Shown: positions 8,905 to 18,643 of the stretch, in pieces
Layout: each line of letters opens with the position of its first letter
Numbering within the stretch: the first letter of the stretch is position 1
From: an uncultured delta proteobacterium
GTDB lineage: Bacteria > Myxococcota_A > Polyangia > Polyangiales > Polyangiaceae
Assembly (NCBI GenBank): GCA_963782055.1
Contig: CAWAIF010000003.1
Coordinates: 6,240,001 to 6,304,000, forward strand
Length of the DNA stretch: 64,000 bases
Direction: 5' to 3'
Made by a program: the position numbers and the translations under genes
The notes under the pieces: generated by a model
The model's input: the letters and a program-made list of their open reading frames with translations, nothing else
Told to the model about the DNA's origin: nothing
The model's database searches: none

Positions 8905-9089
8905 CTGGTGACGGTATACACCGTCCGGCGGCTGTGGTGGAGCGCCCCGACAGCGACGGGACGCCACATCGGCGGGGACGGTGTCGGGCGCGGAGCAGGC
9001 CGCTCGCGGTACCCGATCTACTCCCCAGGGAGTAGATCGGCGGGCGGCTTGGTGACGGTGGGGGCCGCTGGTATGATCGACGGGTCCCT

Positions 9090-9713
9090 TTGTCCGACGC
9101 CCCCTCACCCCACTACCTGGTCGTGGAGGACGATTCGGTTCTGGCGCAAGCGCTCAGTCGGTTCTTGAGTACGACCGGGGGGGGAACCACCGTCGCCTCC
9201 ACCATCGCCGACGCCCTCGAGTTCATCGACGCGGGCGGCCCTCTCGCCGGCATGGTGCTGGACGTGGGCCTGCCCGACGGCTCGGGGCTGGAGCTGCTCG
9301 CCGCCGCGCGTGCGCGCGGTGTGCAGGTGCCGGCGCTGGTGCTCACGGGGTACCAGGACGAGGGGACGATCACCTCCGCGCAGCTCCACCGCGCCCAGTT
9401 CTTGCCGAAGCCCCCGCGCGAGGAGAACCTGCGCGCCTTCGTCGACGCGGCCATGACGTTTCGCAAGCTGACGCGTGTGCGCCTGCAGGAGACCGTCGAC
9501 GACTGGGCGATAAGCCACGGCTTTACTCCTCGCGAGAAGGAGATCATGCTCCTCGCATGCACGGGCTTCGCCCGCGGGGAGCTCGCCGAGCGCCTCGGCG
9601 TCGAGGAGACGACCATGAAGACGATGGTGCGGCGGCTGCTGCGCAAGTCCGGGCAGTTCACGCTGGGGGACCTCGCCGCGAAGGTCCACCGTGCCCTCTT
9701 CGAGCATGAGTGA
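9090..9713 (+). CDS. Response regulator (REC + LuxR HTH)
   Basis: LVVEDD, LDVGLPDG, LTG, PKP; C-terminal FTPREKEI...LGVEETT. Confidence 0.9.
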   Translation: MSDAPSPHYLVVEDDSVLAQALSRFLSTTGGGTTVASTIADALEFIDAGGPLAGMVLDVGLPDGSGLELLAAARARGVQVPALVLTGYQDEGTITSAQLHRAQFLPKPPREENLRAFVDAAMTFRKLTRVRLQETVDDWAISHGFTPREKEIMLLACTGFARGELAERLGVEETTMKTMVRRLLRKSGQFTLGDLAAKVHRALFEHE

Positions 9714-11352
9714 CGCGGGGGAGCTGAGCCTGCGCATCCTCGGGGGCCTCGCACGGTACGTCGAGGACTTCCACGGCCGGGAGGCGCTCGTGGAGGTTCT
9801 GGAGGGCACGGGGGTCGGGCGGGACGACCTCGACCAGGGGCGCTGGGCGACGCTCGCGCAGGTCGAGGCGGTGCTCGCGCGTGCTCGCCCCCGCTTCCCG
9901 GACGACGCCTCCTTCACCCGCGCCTTCGGCTACCGCCTCGCCGACTCCCTCGGGCCGATGCGCATGCTGGCGTGGGCGACCTCGCCGGCGCAGCTCTTCG
10001 CCAAGGGGTTCGAGTCGATCGACACCCTCTCCAACATCAGCCACGCGGAGCTCGCGTCGGTGGCGCGCAGCTACGTGGACGTGCGCTACTGGAGCGACAT
10101 GCCGGAGAGCCGGCTCTTGTGTCTCTCGCGGCAAGGGCAAGTGGGCGCGCTCACCACGCTGGTGGGGCTGCCGCCGGCGACGTTCGAGGAGAGCGCGTGC
10201 GTGGCGCGCGGCGACGAGGAGTGCCTGTATCGCATCCGATGGGTGGAGGGGCGGCACCGCTGGTGGACGCCTGTCGGGCTCGCCGGCGGGTGCGCGGTCG
10301 CCGCGCTCGCCGCCCACGCGAGCACGGCGCTGCTGCCGTGGCTGACGTTACCGCTCCTCGGCGGGCTGGCGGGCCACGCGATCGCCCGGCGGCGGGTGCT
10401 CCGGCGTCACCTGGAGTTCGAGCGGCAGGCCACGCACGCCCTCGCCGAGCTCGCCCGCGTGGAGGCCGAGGCCCGGCGCGAGCTCGTCGGCCTGCACGAG
10501 CGGCAGCAGCAGTGGAGCCGGCACCTGGAGAAGGAGCTCGCCGAGCAGCGGGCGGCGCAGCAGCTCACGATGCGGGGCGTCTCGCACGACCTGCGCAACC
10601 CGCTCGCCGCCCTGGAGATGCTCTCGTGGCAGATGAAGAGCGCCCTCGAAGGCAACGACGACGACGTCGAGGGGCTGATGGACGACTTCGGCGCGGCGCT
10701 CGCGCAGCTCAAGCGGCTGGTCAACGAGCTGGTGCAGGGGGCGCAAGCGTCGCCCCCGGCGCGGCGGGGCTCGCGGGTCGAGGTGAGCAAGCTTCCGGAG
10801 CGGCTTCGGCGGCGCCTCGGCGCGCTGGTCTACGGCAAGGACATCGCCGTCTCGGTGCGCCTCGCGGAGAGCGCGCCGGAGGCCATCACCATCGCCCCGC
10901 TCCTGCTGGACAGGGTGCTGGACAACCTCTTCACCAACGCCGCCAAGTACACCGAGCACGGCCGCATCGTGCTGGAGGTCGGCGGAGACGAGCGCGGGCT
11001 GGTGCTCCGCCTCTCCGACACCGGCCGCGGCATCGAGCCGGAGCGGCTGCGCGAGATCTTCGACTCGCCGGGCACCGCCCCACACGACGCCGAGGGCAAG
11101 AGCTTCGGCATCGGGCTGTCCGTCGTGGTGCAGCTCCTCGCCCAGATCGGCGGCAAGCTGGAGGTGGCCTCGCGCCCTGGCGAGGGCACGACCTTCTGGG
11201 TGCACCTGCCGCCGGAGTCCGGCTGGGACGCCGCCGGTCCCGGGCCGGTCACCGAGGACGTGGTGCGCGACGTCGTTCACGTACGCACGCCCTCGTCGCA
11301 CCCGCTCGCGCGGCGAGAGTCCATCGCGCCTAGACCCGGCCTCGATACCTGA
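9706..11352 (+). CDS. Sensor histidine kinase with N-terminal V4R/H-NOX-like domain and 2 TM helices
   Basis: SHDLRNPL, NLFTNAAKYT, DTGRGI, GIGL; N-domain ends FEESACVARGDEECLYRIRW; overlaps regulator stop (ATGAGTGA). Confidence 0.9.
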   Translation: MSDAGELSLRILGGLARYVEDFHGREALVEVLEGTGVGRDDLDQGRWATLAQVEAVLARARPRFPDDASFTRAFGYRLADSLGPMRMLAWATSPAQLFAKGFESIDTLSNISHAELASVARSYVDVRYWSDMPESRLLCLSRQGQVGALTTLVGLPPATFEESACVARGDEECLYRIRWVEGRHRWWTPVGLAGGCAVAALAAHASTALLPWLTLPLLGGLAGHAIARRRVLRRHLEFERQATHALAELARVEAEARRELVGLHERQQQWSRHLEKELAEQRAAQQLTMRGVSHDLRNPLAALEMLSWQMKSALEGNDDDVEGLMDDFGAALAQLKRLVNELVQGAQASPPARRGSRVEVSKLPERLRRRLGALVYGKDIAVSVRLAESAPEAITIAPLLLDRVLDNLFTNAAKYTEHGRIVLEVGGDERGLVLRLSDTGRGIEPERLREIFDSPGTAPHDAEGKSFGIGLSVVVQLLAQIGGKLEVASRPGEGTTFWVHLPPESGWDAAGPGPVTEDVVRDVVHVRTPSSHPLARRESIAPRPGLDT

Positions 11353-11782
11353 CGACGCGAATGCTCTTGCCGCGCGGCAGGACCACGTGCTCGAAGGTGT
11401 GGGTCATCCGGAGCACCGCGCCGAGGCCCGACCCGAGGCCGTCGCGCCGCACGAGCACGTCGGGCGCGATGGGACCCCGGTCGTCGTGGCCGTCGCGCAG
11501 GGCCATCGGGAGGTCCCGGATGGGCGGGCCGGCGTCGGCGGCGACGACCTCCAGGCCCACCCCCCGCGTCTCCTCCACCAGCCGCAGCCGGAGCTCGCCC
11601 CCGCCCGCGTGCTTGACGAGGTTGGACGCGAGCTCCATCACCACGATGCCGACCTCTTCCTGCGCCACGCGGTCGAAGCCGGCGGACGCCGCCAGGTTGC
11701 GCGCCAGGCGACTGGCGAAGTACGCGTCGGTGCGGTCGCGGACGGCGACGCTCGAGGCGTCCCGCGTGGAGACGGCGGTCAT
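11330..11782 (-). CDS. Second RsbT-like anti-sigma/serine kinase (HATPase)
   Basis: MELASNLVKHAGGG, DAGPPI, GLGSGL; ATG overlaps the rsbR stop. Confidence 0.8.
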   Translation of the reverse strand: MTAVSTRDASSVAVRDRTDAYFASRLARNLAASAGFDRVAQEEVGIVVMELASNLVKHAGGGELRLRLVEETRGVGLEVVAADAGPPIRDLPMALRDGHDDRGPIAPDVLVRRDGLGSGLGAVLRMTHTFEHVVLPRGKSIRVVRYRGRV

Positions 11783-12408
11783 TCGGGCCGCGGCTTGCGG
11801 ACGTACCGCCGGTTGACCCACTGCCGCAGGCCATCGCGCAGGCTCCGGTGCGTGCGCACGCCGTGCAGCTCGACGCCGATGTGGACGACGGTCTGGGCAA
11901 TCCCGGGGTTGATGCCGGTGAGCACGCAGTGCGCGCCCAGCAGCCGCACCGCCTTGGCCATTCGCAGGAAGTGGTCGGCGGTGCGCGTGTCCATCGCCTC
12001 GATGCCGGTGATGTCGATGATCGCGCACTCCGCGCCCTTCGCGACGATGGCCTGCAGCAACGACTCGGTCATCTCGGCGCTGCGGTGCGAGTCCATGACG
12101 CCCACCACCGGGAGGCACAGCACCCCGTCCCACACCTCCATGATGGGGGTGGAGAGCTCGCGGATGGCCTCCCGCTGCCGCTCGATCATCGCCAGCTTCT
12201 CCTCCAGCTCCGCCTGGTAGGCGCTGGATTGCCGGTGGGCCTGCTCCAGCGAGCCGACCATCTCGTTGATGGCGACGCGCAGGGCGCCGAAGGGGTCCGT
12301 CTCGGGGAGGTTCTGTGTTTCCAACCTCACGGTGTAGTCGCCCGCGCCGACGTCGGCGAGGGTGAGCAGGATGTCGGCGATGCGTTCGGAGACGTCAATC
12401 TCGCTCAT
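11779..12408 (-). CDS. rsbR: RsbR-like STAS protein with HAMP-like N-terminus
   Basis: IRELSTPI...LPVVGVMDSHR...IIDITGI..MDT..AVRLLGA..LTGINP. Confidence 0.85.
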   Translation of the reverse strand: MSEIDVSERIADILLTLADVGAGDYTVRLETQNLPETDPFGALRVAINEMVGSLEQAHRQSSAYQAELEEKLAMIERQREAIRELSTPIMEVWDGVLCLPVVGVMDSHRSAEMTESLLQAIVAKGAECAIIDITGIEAMDTRTADHFLRMAKAVRLLGAHCVLTGINPGIAQTVVHIGVELHGVRTHRSLRDGLRQWVNRRYVRKPRPE

Positions 12409-12421
12409 GACCCTTGCCTCC

Positions 12422-12997
12422 TCACGACCACTGCACGCCGAAGCGAAAGGCGCCGCCGCCGGGCTCGGTCTCGAGTGGCTCGTAGCGGACGTCGACGCCG
12501 CCGCATCCCATGGCCTCGAAGACGCCCTCGATCCACCCGGCCGAGACCGGGGCCACGTGCTCGAAGCCGTCGACGCCGCGCATGATCATGGTGGCCCGCT
12601 TCTCCTTGAAGCCGGCGGGGTCCACCTCGAAGGTGCCGAAGGAGAACATGCGGGGCCAGATGTCCGGCACCTTCTTCAAGAACACCGGCGGTGTCATCAC
12701 CTTGAGCAGGAGCCGCATGAAGGTGCCGGTCGCCGCGTCGGAGAGGTGGCGGCCCAGCGCGCGCGAGGTGCGCTCCGCCTCGTCGTCGGCGGGCGCGACG
12801 CTCGCCATGGCCCGCAAGAACGCCACCAGGTCCCCGATCGGGTACCAGTTGCCCGTGCGCACGCGCGGGAGCTTGTCGCGCACGTCCCGGGGGAGCTGCT
12901 CGATGATCCGGTCGCGCACCTGCGCCGAGTAGTGGGTGTCGATGAAGGTGATCGTCTGCTCCAGGTTGAAGCCCTTCGTCAGCCTGTCGTCGCTCAT
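12422..12997 (-). CDS. Myxobacterial V4R/H-NOX-like protein (TIGR02265/DUF2378-like)
   Basis: TKG...WYPIGDL...DIWPRMFSFG...AGWIEGVFE...FGVQW pattern; ATG 12997 overlaps the rsbS stop. Confidence 0.6.
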   Translation of the reverse strand: MSDDRLTKGFNLEQTITFIDTHYSAQVRDRIIEQLPRDVRDKLPRVRTGNWYPIGDLVAFLRAMASVAPADDEAERTSRALGRHLSDAATGTFMRLLLKVMTPPVFLKKVPDIWPRMFSFGTFEVDPAGFKEKRATMIMRGVDGFEHVAPVSAGWIEGVFEAMGCGGVDVRYEPLETEPGGGAFRFGVQWS

Positions 12998-13464
12998 CGC
13001 CGCTCCGCTCCTTCCTCGTGGTCGTGGTGGTCCTCGTCGCCGAAGAGCGCGTCGTCGAAGGCGTCGTCGTCGCCGAAGGTCGCGCCCTCGTCGTCGTCCT
13101 CGCGCCACTCCCTGCGCACGCCGAGCAGCTCGAGCGCCGCCTCCAGCGATCGCGCGGAGTCGACGTGCGGCATCTCGATGCCCATCGTCTGGACGGTCAT
13201 CGCCGCCTCCGGGCTCATGCCGGAGAAGACGGTGCGCGTGCCCATCAGCGCGACCGCGGTGGCGAGGCGCGAGAGCGTCGCGCAGAGGTGGCTGTCGATC
13301 ATCCACGCGCCGGTCAGGTCGATCACCAGCGCGCGGATGCCGCCGTGGTGCACGCGCATGAGCACCTCGTCGCAGAGCGTGCCGGCCATGGCGTCGTCCA
13401 CCTCGCCCTGGATGGCCACCAGCAGGATGTTCCAGAAGCTCAGGATGGGGATGCGTTCGGTCAT
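12994..13464 (-). CDS. rsbS: RsbS-like STAS protein with acidic/His-rich tail
   Basis: RIPIL...LLVAIQGEVDD...IDLTGAWMIDS...LMG..TVFSGMSPEAAMT. Confidence 0.85.
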   Translation of the reverse strand: MTERIPILSFWNILLVAIQGEVDDAMAGTLCDEVLMRVHHGGIRALVIDLTGAWMIDSHLCATLSRLATAVALMGTRTVFSGMSPEAAMTVQTMGIEMPHVDSARSLEAALELLGVRREWREDDDEGATFGDDDAFDDALFGDEDHHDHEEGAERR

Positions 13465-14036
13465 GGGTCCTCCGTGAGGTCGGCCACGAGGATCGCGGCG
13501 TCGTCGTGAGGGTGGGAGCACGCGCCCAGCACGTGCTCGCACGCCCCTTCGGCGTCCAGCGCGCCGAGGTCGGACGGCGAGAGGCGTGTCGCCACCACGC
13601 CGTCGGTGAAGAGCATCAGGCGCCCGCGCGGGAGCAGGCGGCCCTCGAACACCTTGAACGCGCGCACCTGCGCGCCCAGGATCCCCGGGCTGAGCACCGA
13701 GGGCACCTGCCGTGGGTGGGAGCGCAGCTCGACGTTCCCGACGCCGCACCCGCGGACGGCGCCGTCCTCCACGATGCACGCCATGGCCGCGGCGCCGCGC
13801 GAGCCGCGCAGGGCGTCGTGCATCGCGCGGACGACGAGCAGCGGCCCGCGGTCGAGCGCCGCCTCCGCGGCCACCCGCGCGGCGAGCGACGCCACCTCCG
13901 CCGCCTCCGGCCCGTGACCGAGCGCGTCGATGACGCAGAGCAAGGTGTGCGGCCCCTCCCCGCGCACGACGACCCTGTCGCCGCACTCGCGCTCGCCGCG
14001 GCGTGGTCGGGCGCGGTGGGCCACGACGAGCCTCAT
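13461..14036 (-). CDS. rsbX: RsbX-like PP2C/SpoIIE phosphatase
   Basis: GERECGD, IDALGHG, GVGNV, FTDG, DDA. Confidence 0.85.
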   Translation of the reverse strand: MRLVVAHRARPRRGERECGDRVVVRGEGPHTLLCVIDALGHGPEAAEVASLAARVAAEAALDRGPLLVVRAMHDALRGSRGAAAMACIVEDGAVRGCGVGNVELRSHPRQVPSVLSPGILGAQVRAFKVFEGRLLPRGRLMLFTDGVVATRLSPSDLGALDAEGACEHVLGACSHPHDDAAILVADLTEDP

Positions 14037-14656
14037 ACCGACATCTCCACTTCCACCGTCGTGCCGCGGGCGCCGCTGTCGATGGCGAAGTGCCGGGCCA
14101 GTCGCTTGGTGCCGAGCAGGCCCAGGCCCAGGCCGGTCTTGCTGCGGTAGCGGCCGGACATGATCTCGTCCAGGTTGTCGATGCCGCCGCCGCGGTCGGT
14201 GGCGACGACGCGCACCACGCGCGCCTGCCCGCTCTTCGGCCCGAGGTCGATCGCGCCGCCGGGCGTGTAGAGCGCGATGTTGCGCGCCAGCTCGGCGACG
14301 ACGGTCGCGACGCGCTGGATGACGAAGCTGCGCGCGCCGAGCTCCTCGCACAGGGCCACCGCGGCCTGCCGGGCGAGGAGCACGTCGTGCTCGACGGACA
14401 CCGGTACGCGCCGTGCCTTCGGCGTCGCGGCGGTGCCGACCGAGAGCAGCTCGGTGCGCAGGCGTCGTGGGTCCACGTTGCCGAAGAGGCGCAGGCCGTG
14501 CTGCAGGTCGGAGAGCAGCGCCGGCACGTCGGTCGACTTGAGGCTCGTCGCCGTCAGACCGCGACGGCGCAGGGCGCTCTGCAGCACGCTCTCGGCGTTG
14601 AGCCGCGACACGTGCCGACCGAGTACGGCAACCACTCTGGCGTAGGGGGTGTCCAC
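14033..14656 (-). CDS. rsbT: RsbT-like serine kinase with N-terminal extension
   Basis: ELARNIALY, DRGGGI, YRSKTGLGLGLLGTKRL; C-terminal part of the 1373-aa track ORF; start GTG 14656 inferred. Confidence 0.8.
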   Translation of the reverse strand: MDTPYARVVAVLGRHVSRLNAESVLQSALRRRGLTATSLKSTDVPALLSDLQHGLRLFGNVDPRRLRTELLSVGTAATPKARRVPVSVEHDVLLARQAAVALCEELGARSFVIQRVATVVAELARNIALYTPGGAIDLGPKSGQARVVRVVATDRGGGIDNLDEIMSGRYRSKTGLGLGLLGTKRLARHFAIDSGARGTTVEVEMSV

Positions 14657-14667
14657 CGGGAGGCCCG

Positions 14668-15750
14668 TCAGTCGACGCCCTCGGGGTCGGGGCCGAGCGC
14701 CGGCTCGTTCCAGCGCATGACGACGGCGGCAGCCGAGGAGGCGCTCCCAATCGACTGCAGCAGGACGAGATCGCCCCGGCGGAGCCTGCCCTTGCGGGCT
14801 GCGTAGTGCAGGTTCCCCGGCATGAGCGCCGGGCCGGTGTTGGCGTAGAAGCGATTGGTGCACACCGTCTTCGCCGGGTCCACCTCCAGCGCCCGCGCGG
14901 CGAAGCGCGCGAACCAGGGCACCGGCGTGTGGAAGACGAAGAGCGCGATGTCGGAGAGGGAGACGCCCGCCGCGCGCGCTGCGCCCTCGCAGACCTCCCG
15001 CACGTAGCGCGTGGCGGTCTCGGCGAGCACGCGCCCCGTCTTCGGGGAGGCGACCATGTGCACCCACGGGGCGCCATCGACGTTCTCCAGCTCGAAGGAG
15101 AAGGTGCCGCAGGTGTCCGACGAGTGAGTCGCGTGGCCGCCGAGGTAGCCGAGCCCCTCCTCGACGGGCGAGACGACGAAGGCGCCCGCGCCGTCCCCGA
15201 GGAACCACGCCAGGGAGTCGCTGCCGTGGACGAAGCGCGAGTAGGTACACGACGCGACGACCAGCACGTTCTGGTGCTCGCCGGCGGCCACGAGACCGCA
15301 CGCGGTCTTCAGCCCGACGACCGACCCCGAGCAGGCCGTCTCCATGCTCCAGGCCGCGCACCGCGCGCCGAGCGCGCCCGCCACGCGCGGCGCGTTGCCC
15401 ACGCCGATCTGGTCGGGCAGGAAGGAGGCCACCACGATGAGGTCCACGTCCGCCGCGCTCATCCCGGCGGCGGCGAGGGCGTCGGCGGCGGCCCGCGTCT
15501 CCAGCGTGAGCGCGCTCTCCCCGGACCCGAGCACCCGCCGCTCGATCGAGCCCCGGAAGGCGTCGCGCAGGTAGGGCTGCATCTCCTCCTCGAAGAGGTT
15601 GCGGGGCGGCTCGCCGGTGCGCGCCCAGAGCCGCGCGAGCGCCGTCTTCTCCGCGGCGGCGACGACGTCGGGGTACAGCGCGCGAAAGTGCCCGTTGTCG
15701 CGGACGACGCCGGGGAAGGCCACCGCGAGCGAGCGAATGCCGACCGAATC
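14668..15750 (-). CDS. KAS III (FabH-like) protein, furanolide synthase CybF-like
   Basis: Cys (ETACSGS), His (FVFHTP), Asn (ANTGP), GDGAGA; N-terminus SVGIRSLAVAFP; true start unresolved (first in-frame GTG 15723, see findings). Confidence 0.8.
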   Translation of the reverse strand, partial: DSVGIRSLAVAFPGVVRDNGHFRALYPDVVAAAEKTALARLWARTGEPPRNLFEEEMQPYLRDAFRGSIERRVLGSGESALTLETRAAADALAAAGMSAADVDLIVVASFLPDQIGVGNAPRVAGALGARCAAWSMETACSGSVVGLKTACGLVAAGEHQNVLVVASCTYSRFVHGSDSLAWFLGDGAGAFVVSPVEEGLGYLGGHATHSSDTCGTFSFELENVDGAPWVHMVASPKTGRVLAETATRYVREVCEGAARAAGVSLSDIALFVFHTPVPWFARFAARALEVDPAKTVCTNRFYANTGPALMPGNLHYAARKGRLRRGDLVLLQSIGSASSAAAVVMRWNEPALGPDPEGVD

Positions 15751-17511
15751 TCATCGCCCTCCTCCGACGCCCTGGCCGAGCAGGCTGGCGTTTCGCTTGC
15801 GCGCGGGCGCCGCCTCCGCGGGGTCCACGTCCACGTCCACCACCACCGGCCCTGACTCGTGCATCGCCTCGCGCAGGGCGTCGTCCAGGTCGGACTCGCG
15901 CGTGACGCGCAGGCCGCGCGCGCCCATCGCCTCGGCCAGGCGCCCGAAGTCGGTCGGGGGGATGGCGGTGGCGAAGGGGGCGTAGCCCACCGACTCCATG
16001 CCCTGGCGGATCATCCCGTACTGGCTGTCGTTGAGGACGACCCACATCGCGCGGGCGCCGTGGTGCACGGCGGTGCTGATCTCGCTGTTCATGAGCATCG
16101 CGCCGTCGCCGAGCAAGGCCACCGCCTTGCGGCCGGTGGCGAGCGCCGCGCCCACGACGCCCGTGGCCGCGTGACCCATCGAGCCGAAGCCGAGGCTGGT
16201 GCGGTAGCCGCCGCGGCGGTCGAAGCGAAGCCAGTGCGTGGCCCAGGCGAAGGCGTTGCCCGCCTCCGACATCAGCACCGCGTCGCTCGCGTCGACCACC
16301 TGCCGCTGCAAGGCCGCCATCAGCGCCTGCGGGCGGACACGCCCCTCCGCCCGCAGCGCGGGCGCCGCCGGGAAGGGCGCGGTGCGAGGCGCCGCCGCGG
16401 AGGAGCGCAGGGACGGGCCACGATCCATGAGGGCCTCCAGGAAGAGGGCGACGTCCGACTCCAGCGCGAGGGTGGGGCCGTCGGGGTACGCCGCACCGAA
16501 GACCCCCGGGTCGATGTCGACGTGCAGCAGCCCCTTGGACGGGAGCAGGCGCTCGTCCCAGAGCGACGTCATCTCGCCGAGTCGCGTGCCGAGCACCAGC
16601 ACGTACTCCGGGCGACGAGCGGCGAAGTACTCGTCCACCGTGGCGTGACCGCCGAACCCACTGACGCCGAGATATTGCGGATGCGACTCGGGAAAGACGC
16701 CCTTGCCGCGCGGCGACGCCATGACCGGCGCGCCGGTGCGCTCGGCGAAGCGGCGCAGGACCGGCCCCGCCCCGCGCGCGCCGAAGCCCGCCCATACGAC
16801 GAACGATGAGCCCGCGAGCAGCTGCAGCACCACGTCCAGCGCGGTGGCGCCGCAGGTGACGTGACCGAGCGACTCCGGCGCGCGAAGCACCGCGTCGGGC
16901 GCGGGGGCCGACTGGAGCGACACCGGGAGCTGCAGGTGCGCCACGTACGGCCCGGCGCGCCGGAGGCCGCGCAGCACCCGGTTGGCGACGACGGCGAAGG
17001 AGGCCGGGTCGTCCAGGAGCAGCGACTCGTCGAACATGCCGCCGCCCGGGAAGACGCCGGAGTGCGTCACGGGGCACGCGCCGGTCTCCTGGAAGGCCCA
17101 CCTGCCGCGCTGAGCCGCCGACGTGGCCGCGGAGACGAGCAGCACCTTCGCCCCCTCCCAGCGCGCGGCGGCAAGGCCGGTGAGCGCGTTGGTCACGCCG
17201 GGCCCTGTCGTGGCGAAGACGAGCCCCGGACGCCCGGAGGCGAAGTAGGCCTCCGTCGCCGCGAAGGCCGCCCCCGCCTCGTGGCGGCAGTGCACGACCT
17301 CGATCGTGCTCTCGTGAAGGGCGCGAGCGAGCGGGGCGATGGCGCCACCAATCAGACCGTACGCGTGCGTGATGCCCGCGCCCGCGAGCATGCCGACGAG
17401 CGCCTCGGCGACCGTCGGCGCGAGCCGCGGGTCGCGCGTCGCGGGGCGAATGCGTGACTCCGAGGTCGCGGCCACGCCGCTCGACTTGGAGACCGGAAGG
17501 GGGGATCCCAT
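15751..17511 (-). CDS. TPP-dependent enzyme, ScyA/CybE-like acyloin synthase
   Basis: HCRHEAGAAFAA, TTGPGVTNA, GDGAMLMNSE...NDS; no adjacent IlvH/IlvC, directly followed by KAS III. Confidence 0.85.
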   Translation of the reverse strand: MGSPLPVSKSSGVAATSESRIRPATRDPRLAPTVAEALVGMLAGAGITHAYGLIGGAIAPLARALHESTIEVVHCRHEAGAAFAATEAYFASGRPGLVFATTGPGVTNALTGLAAARWEGAKVLLVSAATSAAQRGRWAFQETGACPVTHSGVFPGGGMFDESLLLDDPASFAVVANRVLRGLRRAGPYVAHLQLPVSLQSAPAPDAVLRAPESLGHVTCGATALDVVLQLLAGSSFVVWAGFGARGAGPVLRRFAERTGAPVMASPRGKGVFPESHPQYLGVSGFGGHATVDEYFAARRPEYVLVLGTRLGEMTSLWDERLLPSKGLLHVDIDPGVFGAAYPDGPTLALESDVALFLEALMDRGPSLRSSAAAPRTAPFPAAPALRAEGRVRPQALMAALQRQVVDASDAVLMSEAGNAFAWATHWLRFDRRGGYRTSLGFGSMGHAATGVVGAALATGRKAVALLGDGAMLMNSEISTAVHHGARAMWVVLNDSQYGMIRQGMESVGYAPFATAIPPTDFGRLAEAMGARGLRVTRESDLDDALREAMHESGPVVVDVDVDPAEAAPARKRNASLLGQGVGGGR

Positions 17512-17526
17512 GGGGACGCGCACGGT

Positions 17527-18591
17527 CTACGGGTCGCCGTCGTCGTCGTCGCAGTGCGAGACGCTGCAGACGTGGGGGAGCGGCGGACGCCCGGCGTCCC
17601 AGAAGGCGAGCGCGCTCGTCCAGAGCTCGTCGCGCCCGGGCTCGAGGAGCAGCGCGTGGCCGCCGCCGGCGATGACGTGGAGCTGCACCGGCCCGCCGTA
17701 GTCCGACTGGAACGCGGTGACGTCCTGGGGCGGGGTGACGGGGTCGGCGGTCCCCCAGAACTGCAGCGCGGGCGCGCGGCCGTCGTGGGCGTCGAAGGGC
17801 GGCAGGTCGAAGCCCTCCAGCGTGGGACCGGTCGCGTAGGAGCCCACCAGGTTCTGGCCGACCCAGTCCACCGCGGGGGCCTCGGCGCTGGAGAGGAGCG
17901 GCGCGTAGGCGTCGGGCGTGGTCTGGATGTAGCCGTTCGGCGCGCTCTCGAGGAAGGCGAGGAACTCCGGGGTGAAGAACACCGACTGGAAGAAGGGCGT
18001 GACCGACTTGTAGACGTTGGACGCGACCACGATGCGGCCGATGTGGTCGGGATCCGTGGAGGACTCGGTGCCGCCGAGGGCGATCGCCAGCGAGGCGCCG
18101 AGGCTCATGCCGAAGACGTCCACCTTGTCGACGTGGTGGGTGCGGCGGATCCACTCCACCAGGGTGCCCAGGTCGCCGAGGAGGCGCTGCTTGGTCACCG
18201 TGCTGCCGTCGGCCGGGCGGGTGCTCAGGCCGTAGCCCTCGTAGCTCGGGGCGAAGACGAAGTAGCCGTCCTTCGCGATGCGATCCATCGCGTCGTAGCT
18301 GGGATCGCCGTCGACGTGGGCGTCATAGATGGCGTTGGTGGCGAGCGTGGGGGGGAGCAGCAGCACCGCGCGCCGGGACGAGGCGACGAGAGAGGCGGTG
18401 GTGTAGCGCTCCAGGACGTGGAGCCTCACGTCGTGCGAGATGCGGACGAAGTGCTGCTTGGCGACGAGATGGTCGCACGACTGCGTGCCGAACTCGGACG
18501 CCTGCTGAGCGACGGCGTCGGGCCCAGCGCCGGCCGAGCAGCCGGCGACGAAGGAAGCGGCGACAAGGACTCCCAACCACGGACACCTCAT
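17527..18591 (-). CDS. Alpha/beta hydrolase lipoprotein
   Basis: Lipobox VAGC, nucleophile GMSLG, GTADP and GGGH; RBS GGAGG before ATG 18591. Confidence 0.8.
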   Translation of the reverse strand: MRCPWLGVLVAASFVAGCSAGAGPDAVAQQASEFGTQSCDHLVAKQHFVRISHDVRLHVLERYTTASLVASSRRAVLLLPPTLATNAIYDAHVDGDPSYDAMDRIAKDGYFVFAPSYEGYGLSTRPADGSTVTKQRLLGDLGTLVEWIRRTHHVDKVDVFGMSLGASLAIALGGTESSTDPDHIGRIVVASNVYKSVTPFFQSVFFTPEFLAFLESAPNGYIQTTPDAYAPLLSSAEAPAVDWVGQNLVGSYATGPTLEGFDLPPFDAHDGRAPALQFWGTADPVTPPQDVTAFQSDYGGPVQLHVIAGGGHALLLEPGRDELWTSALAFWDAGRPPLPHVCSVSHCDDDDGDP

Positions 18592-18643
18592 GAGGACCTC
18601 CACGGTGCGCGCGTGTCGGACGACGCGATTGTCGTCCGCGGGC

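Noticed and set aside
14033..18154. 1373-aa ORF as a giant protein
   Set aside because: Arg/Gly/Pro-rich alternative frame over three real genes; only the last ~207 aa (RsbT) look like protein.
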